37,957 bases of DNA from Asterionella formosa (Eukaryota), in assembly GCA_002256025.1 (NCBI GenBank), contig NKIB01015153.1, forward strand, positions 1 to 37,957, in the 5' to 3' direction. Positions within the stretch are counted from its first letter, which is position 1; each line of letters opens with the position of its first letter. This document shows positions 1 to 11,139 of the stretch, piece after piece. A program made the position numbers and the translations under genes. The notes under the pieces were generated by a model. That model worked only from the letters and a program-made list of their open reading frames with translations. It had not been told where the DNA came from and did not search any database.

Positions 1-144
1 AATTATGTGAACGAAATTACAGAATTACGTGAAGGATTTCAAATAATTATGTGAAGTATTTCAAATAATTATGTGAAGTATTTCAAATAATTATGTGAAG
101 TATTTCAAATAATTATGTGAAGTATTTCAAATAATTATGTGAAG
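1..144. repeat. 22-bp tandem minisatellite (AATTATGTGAAGTATTTCAAAT), about 6.5 copies, possibly truncated by the window edge
   Basis: Units start at 1, 23, 45, 67, 89, 111 and 133; the central copies are identical and there are no spacers. Confidence 0.95.
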
Positions 145-840
145 GTGATCACATAATATAGTGATGATCAGGAATGCATGCATGATACTTTGATCAAATA
201 TTTAACGTGATGTATTCAGATAATATATAGACATGTTCAACTACGTATTTTGATGTATTCAACTAATTCATGTGATGCATTCAAAATCAACTAGGCTTAT
301 TTACGTGATGGTCACTTCACGTAATACGCGGCTTAGATGATACATGCATGTACTACCCAATAGCAAAAAATTATTCTCATCATTTGTGGAGAATTTCGCT
401 ATTTTCATCATGGTCAAGGCAGAGACGGCATGATGCCGGATTCTCCGCAGGCTCACAAAAACTGCGCTGTTGTGGCGTTTAATATATAGAAACAAATCGC
501 AACATCTAAGCTAAATAATTATATACAATTGTCCTCTACAAGGGCTACTTTGGGTAACCTGAGCATATATCCTATGTATAGTCATATGCATGTGATATTT
601 ATGATATTGCAAATGTAGTGTTACCACCCCGGTACCCCAGTACCGGTAGGCTGTTGCATCAGGTGTGATAATGACTGTGAGCGACCACATTGCTATATAT
701 ATATAGAGAGAGAGATAGCATTCTGTATGTTTGTAGTATTGGAAAGGCTATCAGGGGGTAGTGGTTGCATCTGTTCATGCTTATATTTCATAGGCATAAG
801 GTTCGTTCAAAAAATCTATTAGTTTCCACAAGTTCTGGTC

Positions 841-960
841 CTCGTTGTCAGCACACTCTAATCATTATCAGCACATTCTAGTTGTAGTCAGCAAGTTTTA
901 GTCATTGTCAACAAATTCCAGTCGTTGTCAGCAAACTCTAGTCATTGTCGAAGATTTCTA
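841..960. repeat. Degenerate 20-bp tandem repeat (consensus about GTCRTTGTCAGCAAAYTCTA), 6 copies
   Basis: A TGTCAGCA-like core recurs every 20 bp, e.g. ctcgttgtcagcacactcta and gtcgttgtcagcaaactcta. Confidence 0.8.
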
Positions 961-1885
961 AATGTAGAAAGAGATGATTCCTAGTATTTGTTTTCCAAAG
1001 CTAGAAGACGGTTTGCTGAACAGGTTCTCATCACCAGTCAGCAACAAATCCGAGTCATGTTCAGATAGTACTGATTCTGCAAATCACCATTAGTCAATAA
1101 GAGTAACATTTTCCTAAATTACTTGAGGCTTAATATTTCCGTCTAAAGCTGGCCTATCTTATCTGGCAAACATGAGACAAATCATTCAGAGTGCATCGAA
1201 ATTGAAAGGTGCATATGGAATGCTGTGCACTAACGGACCTTCTCACAGACTACCAGGCTACGTGGTGCCACCATGTACCACTGCATCTATCGTAGGTACA
1301 AACGTACGGGTGGCGGGACCGACGGAATTGCGTACGTTGCCACTTCCTGCTGATCTGGATGAGTGTTGCCACCAACATCAGCGCCGTACGGGTACAACAC
1401 CACCGTTACGAGTTTGACTGGTCAGGGTTGCAGTAACCTGGAGCATCAGTGCATGGACCGGAACGTATGTTTGACACACAATTACCGCGTATGATTTGGC
1501 TAGTAGACCAAGCCATAGTATTATTTTAGTAGACTACTGTAAAATATCTGTGCGGCTGAAAATTTGTATGAACTCTCCTCGAAATTATTGATGGTGCAAG
1601 CAAGCAAAAATAATTACCACCTGGTGCTACCTGGTAACGGCAAGAGAACAGTTTGTTTTCCTCGGCACTCAATCTGTCATCGCCACGACACTTCCACTTG
1701 TTCTTCTTCGGTTTTCCATTGGATCTTTTCCGGCAGACAAGCAAATTGTGCTCTCCTTTGTGCTTGTTGGAGTATTTCACAAAGAGACAACACGTCGAAC
1801 GAGAGAAAGTATAGTCATTGATAGAACTCTTTGCCAAAACACATTGTGAAAAAATACATTCAGCTTGACAAGATAGAAAACCACG

Positions 1886-4800
1886 ATGAAACGTCATCCA
1901 ATGGTTCGTATTGCCATGGTTGGGGCACTGATGCTCATTGGTAGTTCAGTATCGTCGTTTGCTCCATTGACTAGGCTGGATCGAATCTGGGGGTACGTGT
2001 GTATGTGTGTGTGTGTGTATTCAGTTGTCACACAATCAGTTGTTATTCAGGTGTCTCTCACACAAAATACTACATTTTTTTATAAAGGACTTCGTTGTTG
2101 TTATCGACGACCTTGGAATCCAGTAATAGTGGCAGCGGTACTAGTGATACGCCTCTCAGCAATGAAGATGATACACAACAACGACGACCCACGAGACAAT
2201 ACAACACTCCTGGACGCGCGACACCATCGGCTTCCAGGCCATTTGATGCTGGTCGTGGAAGAGGAAATAGAGGAGATTCAAGGAGTATTGGTGGAAGAGG
2301 AGAGGGACGTGGACCACAAGGTCGTGGAGGTGGTAGAGGTGGATTCGAAGGAGGACGTGGAGGAGGGGGAAGGGGTGCATTTGAAGGACGCGGCGAAGGA
2401 GGACGGGGAGGAGGGGGACGGGGACGAGCTGAGTTTGGACGAGGACCAGCTGGTCGAGGAGGTACGCTGTTTTATCTAATCGATTCTCTGCTTGCTCATT
2501 GCGTTTTTGTCGTTCTCTGGAATGTCATGCGTGACTAGTTGCACTTTCACTCACACACACCCAAAAACTCAGGAGGTGGCCCTAGTGAGGATGGCCCAGT
2601 CTTGAAGTTGGTGAACCCACTCAAGTTGCAACGCACAGTATTCATCCCTCCTCCAAGACCTGCCTTTGATCGTGCTCAAGAAAATAATAACTCCAGAGGT
2701 CCTCCTTCAAGAAATAGTCCTGCTGCTAATCGTTCAGTTAGACCAGTAACTAGTATTGGAGACAATGCCGGAGGCGACTCGGATGCAGACGGTAAGGGGT
2801 ATTGTTGCTGTTGCTGTTGCGAACAAAACTAAACGGAATTTATATATACGCCCTTCATACCGGCCAAAATTTTGACCTGACGTTTATTTGTTAATTTTTC
2901 TTGTTATACTGACACTCCAGGCGGGTTTACCGGAAATGTTATAGGTGTCAACAAACCAGCGAAACGTGGGGCGCCTGCCAAGGTCGTGACCAAGGTATAT
3001 ACGAAGAAGGATGGGGGAGAAGATGCTAGAAACGTTAGAAAGAATTCCTTAAAATTGGGAACAACCAAAAAAGGACGTGGTGCTGGTGAAACGATGCGTC
3101 GTGGTTCCTTGAGAAAGAAAGATCGTTCGGCAGAAAGAGAACGTCGAATGGAAAATGCGTTGGAAGCTAGAACTGTACAATTACCGGAGTAAGTCTTGGT
3201 GGCGTGGAGCGAACGTGACGCACATACCCACACACAATTTTGTTTTCTCACCCGTGAATTTGGTATCCTATAGCCACCCTGTGCCAGTATCCGAGTTGGC
3301 AGAATTGATTGATGAAAAACCAATTGCCATTATCAAATTTCTCATGACAGATCTTGGTGTCATGGCATCGATTACTCAGAATTTAGACCCAGCAACATGC
3401 ATTGCGGTTGCAGAAGGATTCGGACGCATTGTTGGGGAATTAGGCGATGACGAATATGATGATGAAATGAGAGATATGATTGAGGAAGGTTATGAAGATA
3501 CTGCTGTCGCCACTGGATTTGCTGACTATGAAGATTTCGAAGAGGATCTTCAACCTCGTTCCCCCGTCATCACTATTATGGGACATGTTGATCACGGCAA
3601 GACATCGCTTTTGGATGCTATTCGGAATACTAAGGTCACTGCTGGAGAGGCAGGTGGGATCACTCAACACATTAACGCCTATCAAGTTATTCACAAGGGG
3701 CAACAGATTACCTTTATTGATACTCCTGGTCACGCTGCCTTCACAGATATGCGTGAGCGTGGTGCCAATATTACCGATATTGTTATCCTTGTCGTTGCTG
3801 CGGATGATGGGGTCAAGCAACAGACTGCTGACTCGATTGTTTGTGCTCGCCAAGCTGGGGTGCCTCTCATAATTGCAATTAACAAATGCGATCTTGAAAC
3901 TGCTGATCCATCGAGAGTTATGTCTGACTTGACCGCCTACGATATTTTGTCGGAGTCACTTGGAGGTGATGTCCTCACAGCTGAAATAAGCGCCAAGACA
4001 GGGTCTGGATTAGAGGATTTACTAGACAAGATTATGCTTCAAGCGGAAATTGAAGACTTGACTGCCAACCCCAACAGAGCTGCACAAGGAGCCATCGTCG
4101 AGGCTCGCATTGAACGTGGTCTTGGAACCGTTGCTACTACCCTGATTCAGAAGGGAACCATTCGAGTTGGCGACAACTTTGTTGCTGGTTCCAGCTATGG
4201 TCGCGTTCGCGCTCTCATTGCTACAGATGGAAAGACACGTCTGACGGAAGCTGGTCCGAGTACACCAGTGAATGTGGTTGGTTTCGAGGGAGTTCCTGCT
4301 GCTGGTGATATTTTGGTTGTGGCAGATGACGAGCAAAGTGCACGACTAATTGCTGAGAACCGTAAACGACTATCTCGTGAGAAAGAGTCCTCTCAATACC
4401 AGTCTGGGTTAATGGGCTCCGTTAGCGCTTTGTTTGGAGGTGAAAGCAAGGAAAAGCGTGAAATGTGTGTTGTTGTCAAGGCTGACGTGTCCGGTTCGGC
4501 GGAGGCCCTTACGCGGGCACTTCGCGAACTCAAGCTTGAGAACGACGAAGCCACTGTCACGATTAAGGTGTTAGTCAGTGAAACTGGAGAAGTCACCAAG
4601 AGTGACATTGCTGTTGCTGGAGTGTCGCCTGACACCACCGTCATTGCATTTGGTGTTTCTGCTAGTTTTGACGCCATGGAGGACGCTAGGGCACAAAAAA
4701 TCCCTATTGAGTACTTCAACATTATCTATGACGCCATTGAATCTGTCGAATCTCGTATGCAAGAGGTTCTTTCACCTACCCCTGAGGGAGAGTATGTTGG

Positions 4801-5065
4801 CGCTGCCACTGTACAAGAAGTCTTTAACATTGGAGGTACCGGAAACATTGCTGGTTCTCGGTGTACAAATGGGTACATTCGAAAGGGAGCCAATGTCCGT
4901 GTCATGCGTGGTGACAAAATCCTCAAGTACACCACTGTCAAAACTCTGCGGAATTTCAAGGCTGAAACAGACCGTATCGAAGGCGGAAATGAGTGCGGTA
5001 TTGGATTGGCTGACTTTGAGGACTACCAGTCAGGTGACGTTATCGAATGCTTCGTCATTGTGTAA
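1886..5065 (+). CDS. infB: Plastid-targeted translation initiation factor IF-2. Exons 1886-1992, 2088-2461, 2573-2791, 2921-3188, 3274-5065 (about 919 aa).
   Basis: G-domain motifs GHVDHGKTSLLD, GGITQHI, DTPGHAAF and NKCD are present, followed by the IF2 C-terminal domains (KADVSGS, IIYD, ECGIGL). The N-terminal signal peptide ends VSS-FAP (ASAFAP type). Four GT-AG introns join the ORF pieces with consistent phases. Confidence 0.95.
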
Positions 5066-5072
5066 TTATGCA

Positions 5073-5500
5073 TGCAGACTTGCTGTCAAGAGAAAGATTA
5101 GAATAATCCTAACAACCTTAAAAGAGAAACTACACATGAAGGCTTGGCATTTATCTTGATGTTGGTTTTTGAAATGGTGCCATTCTTGGTCCGATTCGTT
5201 TGCTTGGCTTACAGATACGACCCGGAGTCTCTGTTGTTCTATACATATTCTCCCTTTACTACAACTTTTATATCAACGCGTGCAGACTTTCTATCAAGGG
5301 AAGAGATTAAAATCATCTTAAAAACCTTGTACGACAAACTACATACGCAAAAATATATCTGGAGGTTGGTTGTTGAATCATTTTGCCTTGATGCTTGAAA
5401 TGGTTCTATTCTTCGTGCCGATCGGCTGCTTGGCTTACAGAGAAGAGGCTGAATCTCTGCTGTTCTAAATGTTTATTCCCCTTTGTTCCAAGCACTGTAT
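5073..5500. repeat. Degenerate tandem duplication of about 210 bp just downstream of IF2
   Basis: The series TGCAGACTT...AAACTACA...TTGAAATGGT...GCTTGGCTTACAGA...TCTCTG.TGTTCTA occurs twice, starting near 5073 and 5281. Confidence 0.75.
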
Positions 5501-5803
5501 CGCGGACAATCGGTGGGCATTCTTCTAAATATCCACGATGGAATTCGAACTCGCATCTGTACCTGCACGTAAAGGCGAGAAGCAACCAAGGGAGTTGGTT
5601 GCGAACGCAGAAGCATTGAACCACACATGAAGACAAACTGCAACAAAAGAGAGAGAAAGAAAAAACAGCAACAATTCCAACTTGGATCAAAGTTTTTTGG
5701 TGTTGATAAATCTAAGATTGCTGGATTATGATACGACCCTTCTCACCACAAGATTTGCTTCCAAAAGCAAACAAAAACTACATATACTTGTATGTACGCT
5801 TTT

Positions 5804-7744
5804 TCAAGCACGATAAGCATGACTAAGCGACGGAGGCGGAGGCGAATTTTTCTTGGATTCCACCATTTTCGCAAGATAGAGAAAGCCAAGAACTTTCGAC
5901 ACACTAATCATGACGCTTCCGTTCGATCCTGGGTCTGTCGACGACAGCATTCTTTTCTTGTTCCCCACTGCCATGGTTGAACCGTCTTCATAGTAGAGAG
6001 CTAGATCAGTCCAATTCTGGAATGCCGAAGCACATTGGAGACACTGGTCAACTAACTTCGAAAATAGGTCACGTCGGTACCCATCAGTATTGGCGCGGTG
6101 GTTACCACGTTCGAATTTTTGACAATCCCATTCGCCATATACCAAATGGAGGGCGCACTTCATCCAATCCCGGAGTGCCACACGAGGTGGTGTCTTGCGT
6201 CGATTACGTCTGTGATGATTCATTTGGGCAATACGAAATTGAAATTGCAGTGGCAAGCGGGCCAAGTCAGCAGCTTCGGTCGATGCTCCATAGATTGATG
6301 TCACCGGAACTACTTGAGATTCTGCTTCGGTCCATAACGTCTCTGATTCCGTTTCCAACGGGTCATCGTCAGTATAGTCGTTCAACTCCCACGTGGGCAC
6401 ATTTCGATCCCAGGCGGTTGCAGATTTTTGAGAATTTATTTGCGGTACAATAGTTACTTTGGACTTCCAAATGACTGGTTTAACAATAGTCTTTTCTTGT
6501 GGTGGATTATCCAAAAAGCCAATGAGATTCCTTTGAAGAAAATCGTAATCTGGCATATCGTTGAAGCCTAGGCTAGCCACATGCTTGAAGCACTTCCGGA
6601 GAAGTTCGACCTTTTCCACATCCTTGGCTAGCTCCAATGGTTCCGGGAGATCTGCATTAAATTCTTTGCCCTCCTTCTTGGCCATGTCATGTTTATATTT
6701 GGCTAAGAAATAATCTTCCCCCATGAGCATTATTTCTGTCTTGTCATTTGCTCCATTGTCATCTCCGTGAACTTCTTCCTTGGCTCGCTGGCATGCCTCT
6801 CGATCTCGATTCGCCGCATATGACATCCATGGCAAACCGCCGGTTATCAAATCACAAAAAACATATAACAAAGACCACATGTCGTCACGAAACGAGTAAT
6901 CCTTGCCTTGATGGACCCGCAAGGATGCATACATGCTCGTTCCCCTAAATTCAGCACTTGGTCGTTCGTTCCGTAATTTCAACGAGCCACTAAAGTCTCC
7001 TCCCGCATCATGATGACCCTCATCGACCACAATACTTTTTGATAGCCCAAAATCCACCATGGCAAACTCCTTGTAATCTCGCCTGACACAATTACTAGGT
7101 TTCACATCACGATGTACCACCCCTGCCATGTGCATTTCTCTGAGTAGTGGTAACAAGACATGCGCTGACAAGTACACAGCATCTTCCCCTGTCATGCGCC
7201 TCCCGCCAGTCGCGTCTCTAAGTTGATGCATGTCTTCTCCTCCCAAAAATTCCATGACTAGGGCTGACGCTGTGTGTGAGGGCGTATTGGATACATACAA
7301 TCCCATGTAGATTGGAACCGTCTTGGGCTTGACTCGGTGATCCAAATGAGACAATATTTGCCCTTCGCCTTCCAAGACTCCCGAATCTGTGTAATTGTCC
7401 AATTCAACCTTGGCCGCGACCAATCGCGGTTTTTTGGTGGCATTGCTGCCGCTGCTGCCATTACACTGATAATGATAATTCATATCAATACATTTGTGAA
7501 TGGAGCAAAATGTGCCCTTGCCCAATCGTCCCAGACAAAAGTAGGGACCCAACATGGACCCTGGTTCAGGAAATGCACCTTGACATTCGACTTGCTGAAT
7601 GGGCTTCATCATGTGCTTGTGATAGCTGGACGCCGAGGACAGGGCAGGGGCTATGCCAGTCATCAGTAGTGCGGGCGCTTCGGATCCTGGAGCGGAAAAG
7701 GAAGGTACGGGGCTTTGAGGGGTTCCAACGGCGGACTGAGACAT
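5804..7744 (-). CDS. Ser/Thr protein kinase, casein kinase 1 / tau-tubulin kinase-like (646 aa, single exon)
   Basis: Kinase motifs LGKGTF, VAAK, HRDVKPSN and DFGLSK. FRGTSMYAS replaces APE and RDDMWS follows, both typical of the CK1 group. Confidence 0.9.
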   Translation of the reverse strand: MSQSAVGTPQSPVPSFSAPGSEAPALLMTGIAPALSSASSYHKHMMKPIQQVECQGAFPEPGSMLGPYFCLGRLGKGTFCSIHKCIDMNYHYQCNGSSGSNATKKPRLVAAKVELDNYTDSGVLEGEGQILSHLDHRVKPKTVPIYMGLYVSNTPSHTASALVMEFLGGEDMHQLRDATGGRRMTGEDAVYLSAHVLLPLLREMHMAGVVHRDVKPSNCVRRDYKEFAMVDFGLSKSIVVDEGHHDAGGDFSGSLKLRNERPSAEFRGTSMYASLRVHQGKDYSFRDDMWSLLYVFCDLITGGLPWMSYAANRDREACQRAKEEVHGDDNGANDKTEIMLMGEDYFLAKYKHDMAKKEGKEFNADLPEPLELAKDVEKVELLRKCFKHVASLGFNDMPDYDFLQRNLIGFLDNPPQEKTIVKPVIWKSKVTIVPQINSQKSATAWDRNVPTWELNDYTDDDPLETESETLWTEAESQVVPVTSIYGASTEAADLARLPLQFQFRIAQMNHHRRNRRKTPPRVALRDWMKCALHLVYGEWDCQKFERGNHRANTDGYRRDLFSKLVDQCLQCASAFQNWTDLALYYEDGSTMAVGNKKRMLSSTDPGSNGSVMISVSKVLGFLYLAKMVESKKNSPPPPSLSHAYRA

Positions 7745-8554
7745 GATTATGCGGACGAGTAGAGAAATGGCAAAGTGTGTGCGAGTGTGATTTGGTCGTA
7801 CTAGCTACGTATAACGTACTGCCAGATTCGTGTCTGTTTCTGTTTCCGTTTCCGCTTCTATTCCTTTCCGTTTCCTTGTTCTTATCTCCCCTCTATGCAC
7901 AGATAGCGTTTGTGCGTGCTGCTACTGCAATGCAGGAGTGGACTTAATGTAAACGGTGCAGCACAATATTTGTCCCTTCCTTGGCCAGCGGCTCGTTCGT
8001 TGGCTGGCTGCTATGGAGGAAGCTGTAAGGCTGTACATGGTAAGCATTTCTTTTGTCGATGTCCTTCCGTATTTCTTTTGGCACCGTTCTACTTGCTCGC
8101 CAGTACATTTGTAGGAGCGTTGAAAAATGGGGAGAATGCATGTACATACGAGACTCTACTTCATTTTTGGGGAGAAAGCAATTCTCCCCTTTTTTCCATA
8201 CTGACATTTGTTCCCCTCAGTATGCATGGCGATGGGAGGACAGCAGCAACCTCAGGAGCGACATAAAGCAGTGGTATCTGCATAAAGTATTTTGTATGTT
8301 GGCTACCGGTAGTACATAGTATTTACTGCCTTGTAATTCTTATGCACATCTATTACTGCATGTATATTGTGACGAAAGCAATAATGATGATGATGTATAA
8401 TATAGTTTTTGTATTAGGTATACAATGTGATCATATTCTTATAACCCCTTTTTCTAAAATAAAAGTTTAAAATGATAAATAAAAAGCAACTGTATATTTG
8501 CACTGATTTGATGATACACATGCTGTGATCATTTTATCATATGTTTATAATCTT

Positions 8555-9510
8555 GAAGGTCCAGAAATCAGCAAATTGCACACACTATAAACTAAAAATT
8601 CCATTTAGTGGTGTCAACCTACTTCATTGGAAGTCTGACCAGCTCACCAATTCCAAAATGATGAAAAATCTCAAAATATTTACTTGTATTTAGATTACTG
8701 GTGACCATTATAAAGTTTCAAACGGAAAAGTGCTGCCACCTTCTTCCACAGCAGAATCGCTGACTGCCAACTTCAACTTTCTGACTGCGGACTTCATGTT
8801 GCTAACTGCTGACTTGATTTGCTGAAATTTTGAAATATTCTCTGACTGCTGGCTTCATTTGCTGACTACTGACATGAAATCGTTTACTGCTAAATTTAGC
8901 TTGCTGACATCAAGCAACCTACTTTTTACATAGGAAAAGACCAACTACCTGTACCGGTGTTCAAATCGTGTTTACTTTTCATATTTGAATAACGATGGAA
9001 ATGCATCTTTTTTGTTGGGATACTAAAAGCGATGCCTTCTACGTTCACACTATCGGGAGTAACACAGAGTTACCTGGTACTCCATACATTAAAAGCCTGT
9101 GAAATAGACATCGATGCCTGAAAAATATCATTGCTATCTACTTCTTCATATTGCTACCACTATGTACTATCATAAAAATGCTGACTTCAACTTGCTGACT
9201 ACTGAGCGACTGCGGACTTCATTTCGTCGACTGCTGACTTGATTCACTGAAAATTTGAAAAAATCGCGGACTGCTGGCTGACTTCTTTTGCTGACTGCTG
9301 ACTGCTGACTGCTTACTTCAAGTTCATTTTGACAATAAAATGAGTAACAGTTTAATGTCTATGTAAACAACTATTTAAAGAATAACGGAGTGGCGCAAAA
9401 TTGAGGGTTTCGACAATTTTTGGGGGTGTACCCCTGCCTTTTCTCCTATGTGAATCGATGAACAGAAAACGAGCAACCTGCACGCTATGTCCGCTGATTA
9501 CTGGACCTTC
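8555..9510. mobile_element. Putative non-autonomous DNA transposon (MITE-like), about 956 bp
   Basis: 18-bp terminal inverted repeats GAAGGTCCAGAAATCAGC (8555-8572) and GCTGATTACTGGACCTTC (9493-9510), 17/18 matching. Internal duplicated CTGACTGCT-rich blocks at about 8760-8910 and 9180-9320. No ORF and no clear TSD. Confidence 0.55.
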
Positions 9511-9996
9511 CTAGTGATTGTGACCCTGTGATAATGTATTATAATATGTTTATTTTAATCACAAGATAATATGATATTAATGTTACTTTTTCTGCGTTAG
9601 CTAGAAAGCTAAAGTTAAGGTTATGCATCATTTATGTATTGACAATCTTTTGAGCAGAACATATCATCATATCCTATTATTCAGCTGATTGTATTGGATG
9701 ATTTTATAGGAGGACTGGTGAGTTGATGACAATATCCAGTTGTTGCACAGTTCTACCAACAATGCCTTATACATAGTGGGTAATCCACCAGCGCATCAAG
9801 GAAGTTCGGTAAAAGCAAGTCCCTCCATCACATAGAGCACATTGATACGGATTCCAAAATAGCACTTGCAGATGACAACAATGTCAATACAGCAATAACG
9901 ATAACAACTAACAATTCAATGATCTAAACAATTACATTTAATAAATGTAGATATAAAATGATTGATGTTGTATTACTGTTCAATGTTGTGTTTGTT

Positions 9997-10540
9997 GTGG
10001 TCAATCTTCATGAGTTTCTTGTTAACTCTTGTTGTAGTTTCATCTACTTGTTGTTCATTGTGTATTTGGTAAGTAGGCTGGTACGAAAACGGCCCACTTG
10101 GTTCCGATCTGGATGTGTAGATATCGTCAAACACATTCCTCAAAATATTGTTGCTGTCTGATGGATTTTGTTCATTCTGGTCAATCTCCATGAGTTTCTT
10201 GTCAAATCTTGTTGTAGTTTCATCTACTTGTTACTCATTGTGTATTCTGTAAGTAAGATGGTACGAAAACGGTCAGGCTGTTTCCGGTCTGGATGCGTAG
10301 ACATTGTCAAACACATGCCTCAAAATATTGTTGCTGTCTGATGGATTTCAGTCATTGTGGTCAATCTCCATGAGTTTGTGTCAATTCTTGTTGTAATCTC
10401 ATCTACTTGTTGTTCATTGTGGTTTGTGTATTTAGGGTGCTACGAAAACGGTCACTGTGGATTTGATATGGATGCGTGGAAATTGTCAAAAGTATTCCTT
10501 AAATTGACGATACTTTCTGATGGATTTCTGTCATTGGGTG
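9997..10540. repeat. Three tandem copies of a 180-bp unit
   Basis: TGGTCAATCT(C/T)CATGAGTTT recurs at about 9998, 10178 and 10358, and the whole unit is alignable (TACGAAAACGG, CTGATGGATTT). Confidence 0.92.
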
Positions 10541-11139
10541 TCTTTGAAATGGACGAATTTGATTGTGTAGGAACAAATATACATTACCCCTCCATGGTGA
10601 GAGATTTTTCGTTTTAGTGCGAATCGGATCACTCTGTTGGTGTTTTCCTTTTTTGTACTTTTGGATGCTTTGACAAAAATTGTAAAGTACCACATTATTC
10701 AGATTTCTACGTATATGAAATTTCGAAAAAGATATTGTTTGGGTTAGAATATAATAAGTTGGTTGAAGAAGAAGATGAAAAGATATTGATCCAAAGATGG
10801 GGCTTAGTCTAGTTGTAGGAAGCTCACAATGAAGTATGCAGATAGTGAGTTCCTGATGTTTTTTAAAGATCTAGGAATACCGGCATATCAGGGGAAGATT
10901 CTCGATGACACTAGAGCAAGGATATACCCCGGTAACTACCGGTATTACTCAAGAGTACGTACTGGTACGACCTGTCGATACATTGACAATCTTGTAAAAT
11001 ATTGGAGGCATGCATTCAATTTTTTTAATTGGAGTTTACAAAAAGGACTTCTGTAGTACTCCGCATTGCTGCAAAGAATTTCATCACGACCCCTTCTCGA
11101 TCAAATTCTCTAAAATTAAATTACCGGGTATATTCTTTC

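Noticed and set aside
1..144. CRISPR-like array
   Set aside because: The repeats are head-to-tail without unique spacers, there are no cas genes, and the context is eukaryotic.
694..716. (TA)n(GA)n microsatellite, and (GT)n in IF2 intron 1
   Set aside because: Ordinary short microsatellites.
1172..1897. Short ORFs upstream of IF2
   Set aside because: No motifs or coding-like composition; probably promoter or intergenic DNA.
1993..2479. 197-aa ORF 1886-2479 as a separate acidic protein
   Set aside because: It is IF2 exon 1 read through intron 1 into the wrong frame of the RGG exon.
3440..5159. Overlapping or antisense ORFs within IF2 (likewise within the kinase, cluster and ABCB genes)
   Set aside because: These are shadow frames of real coding sequence with no recognisable motifs.
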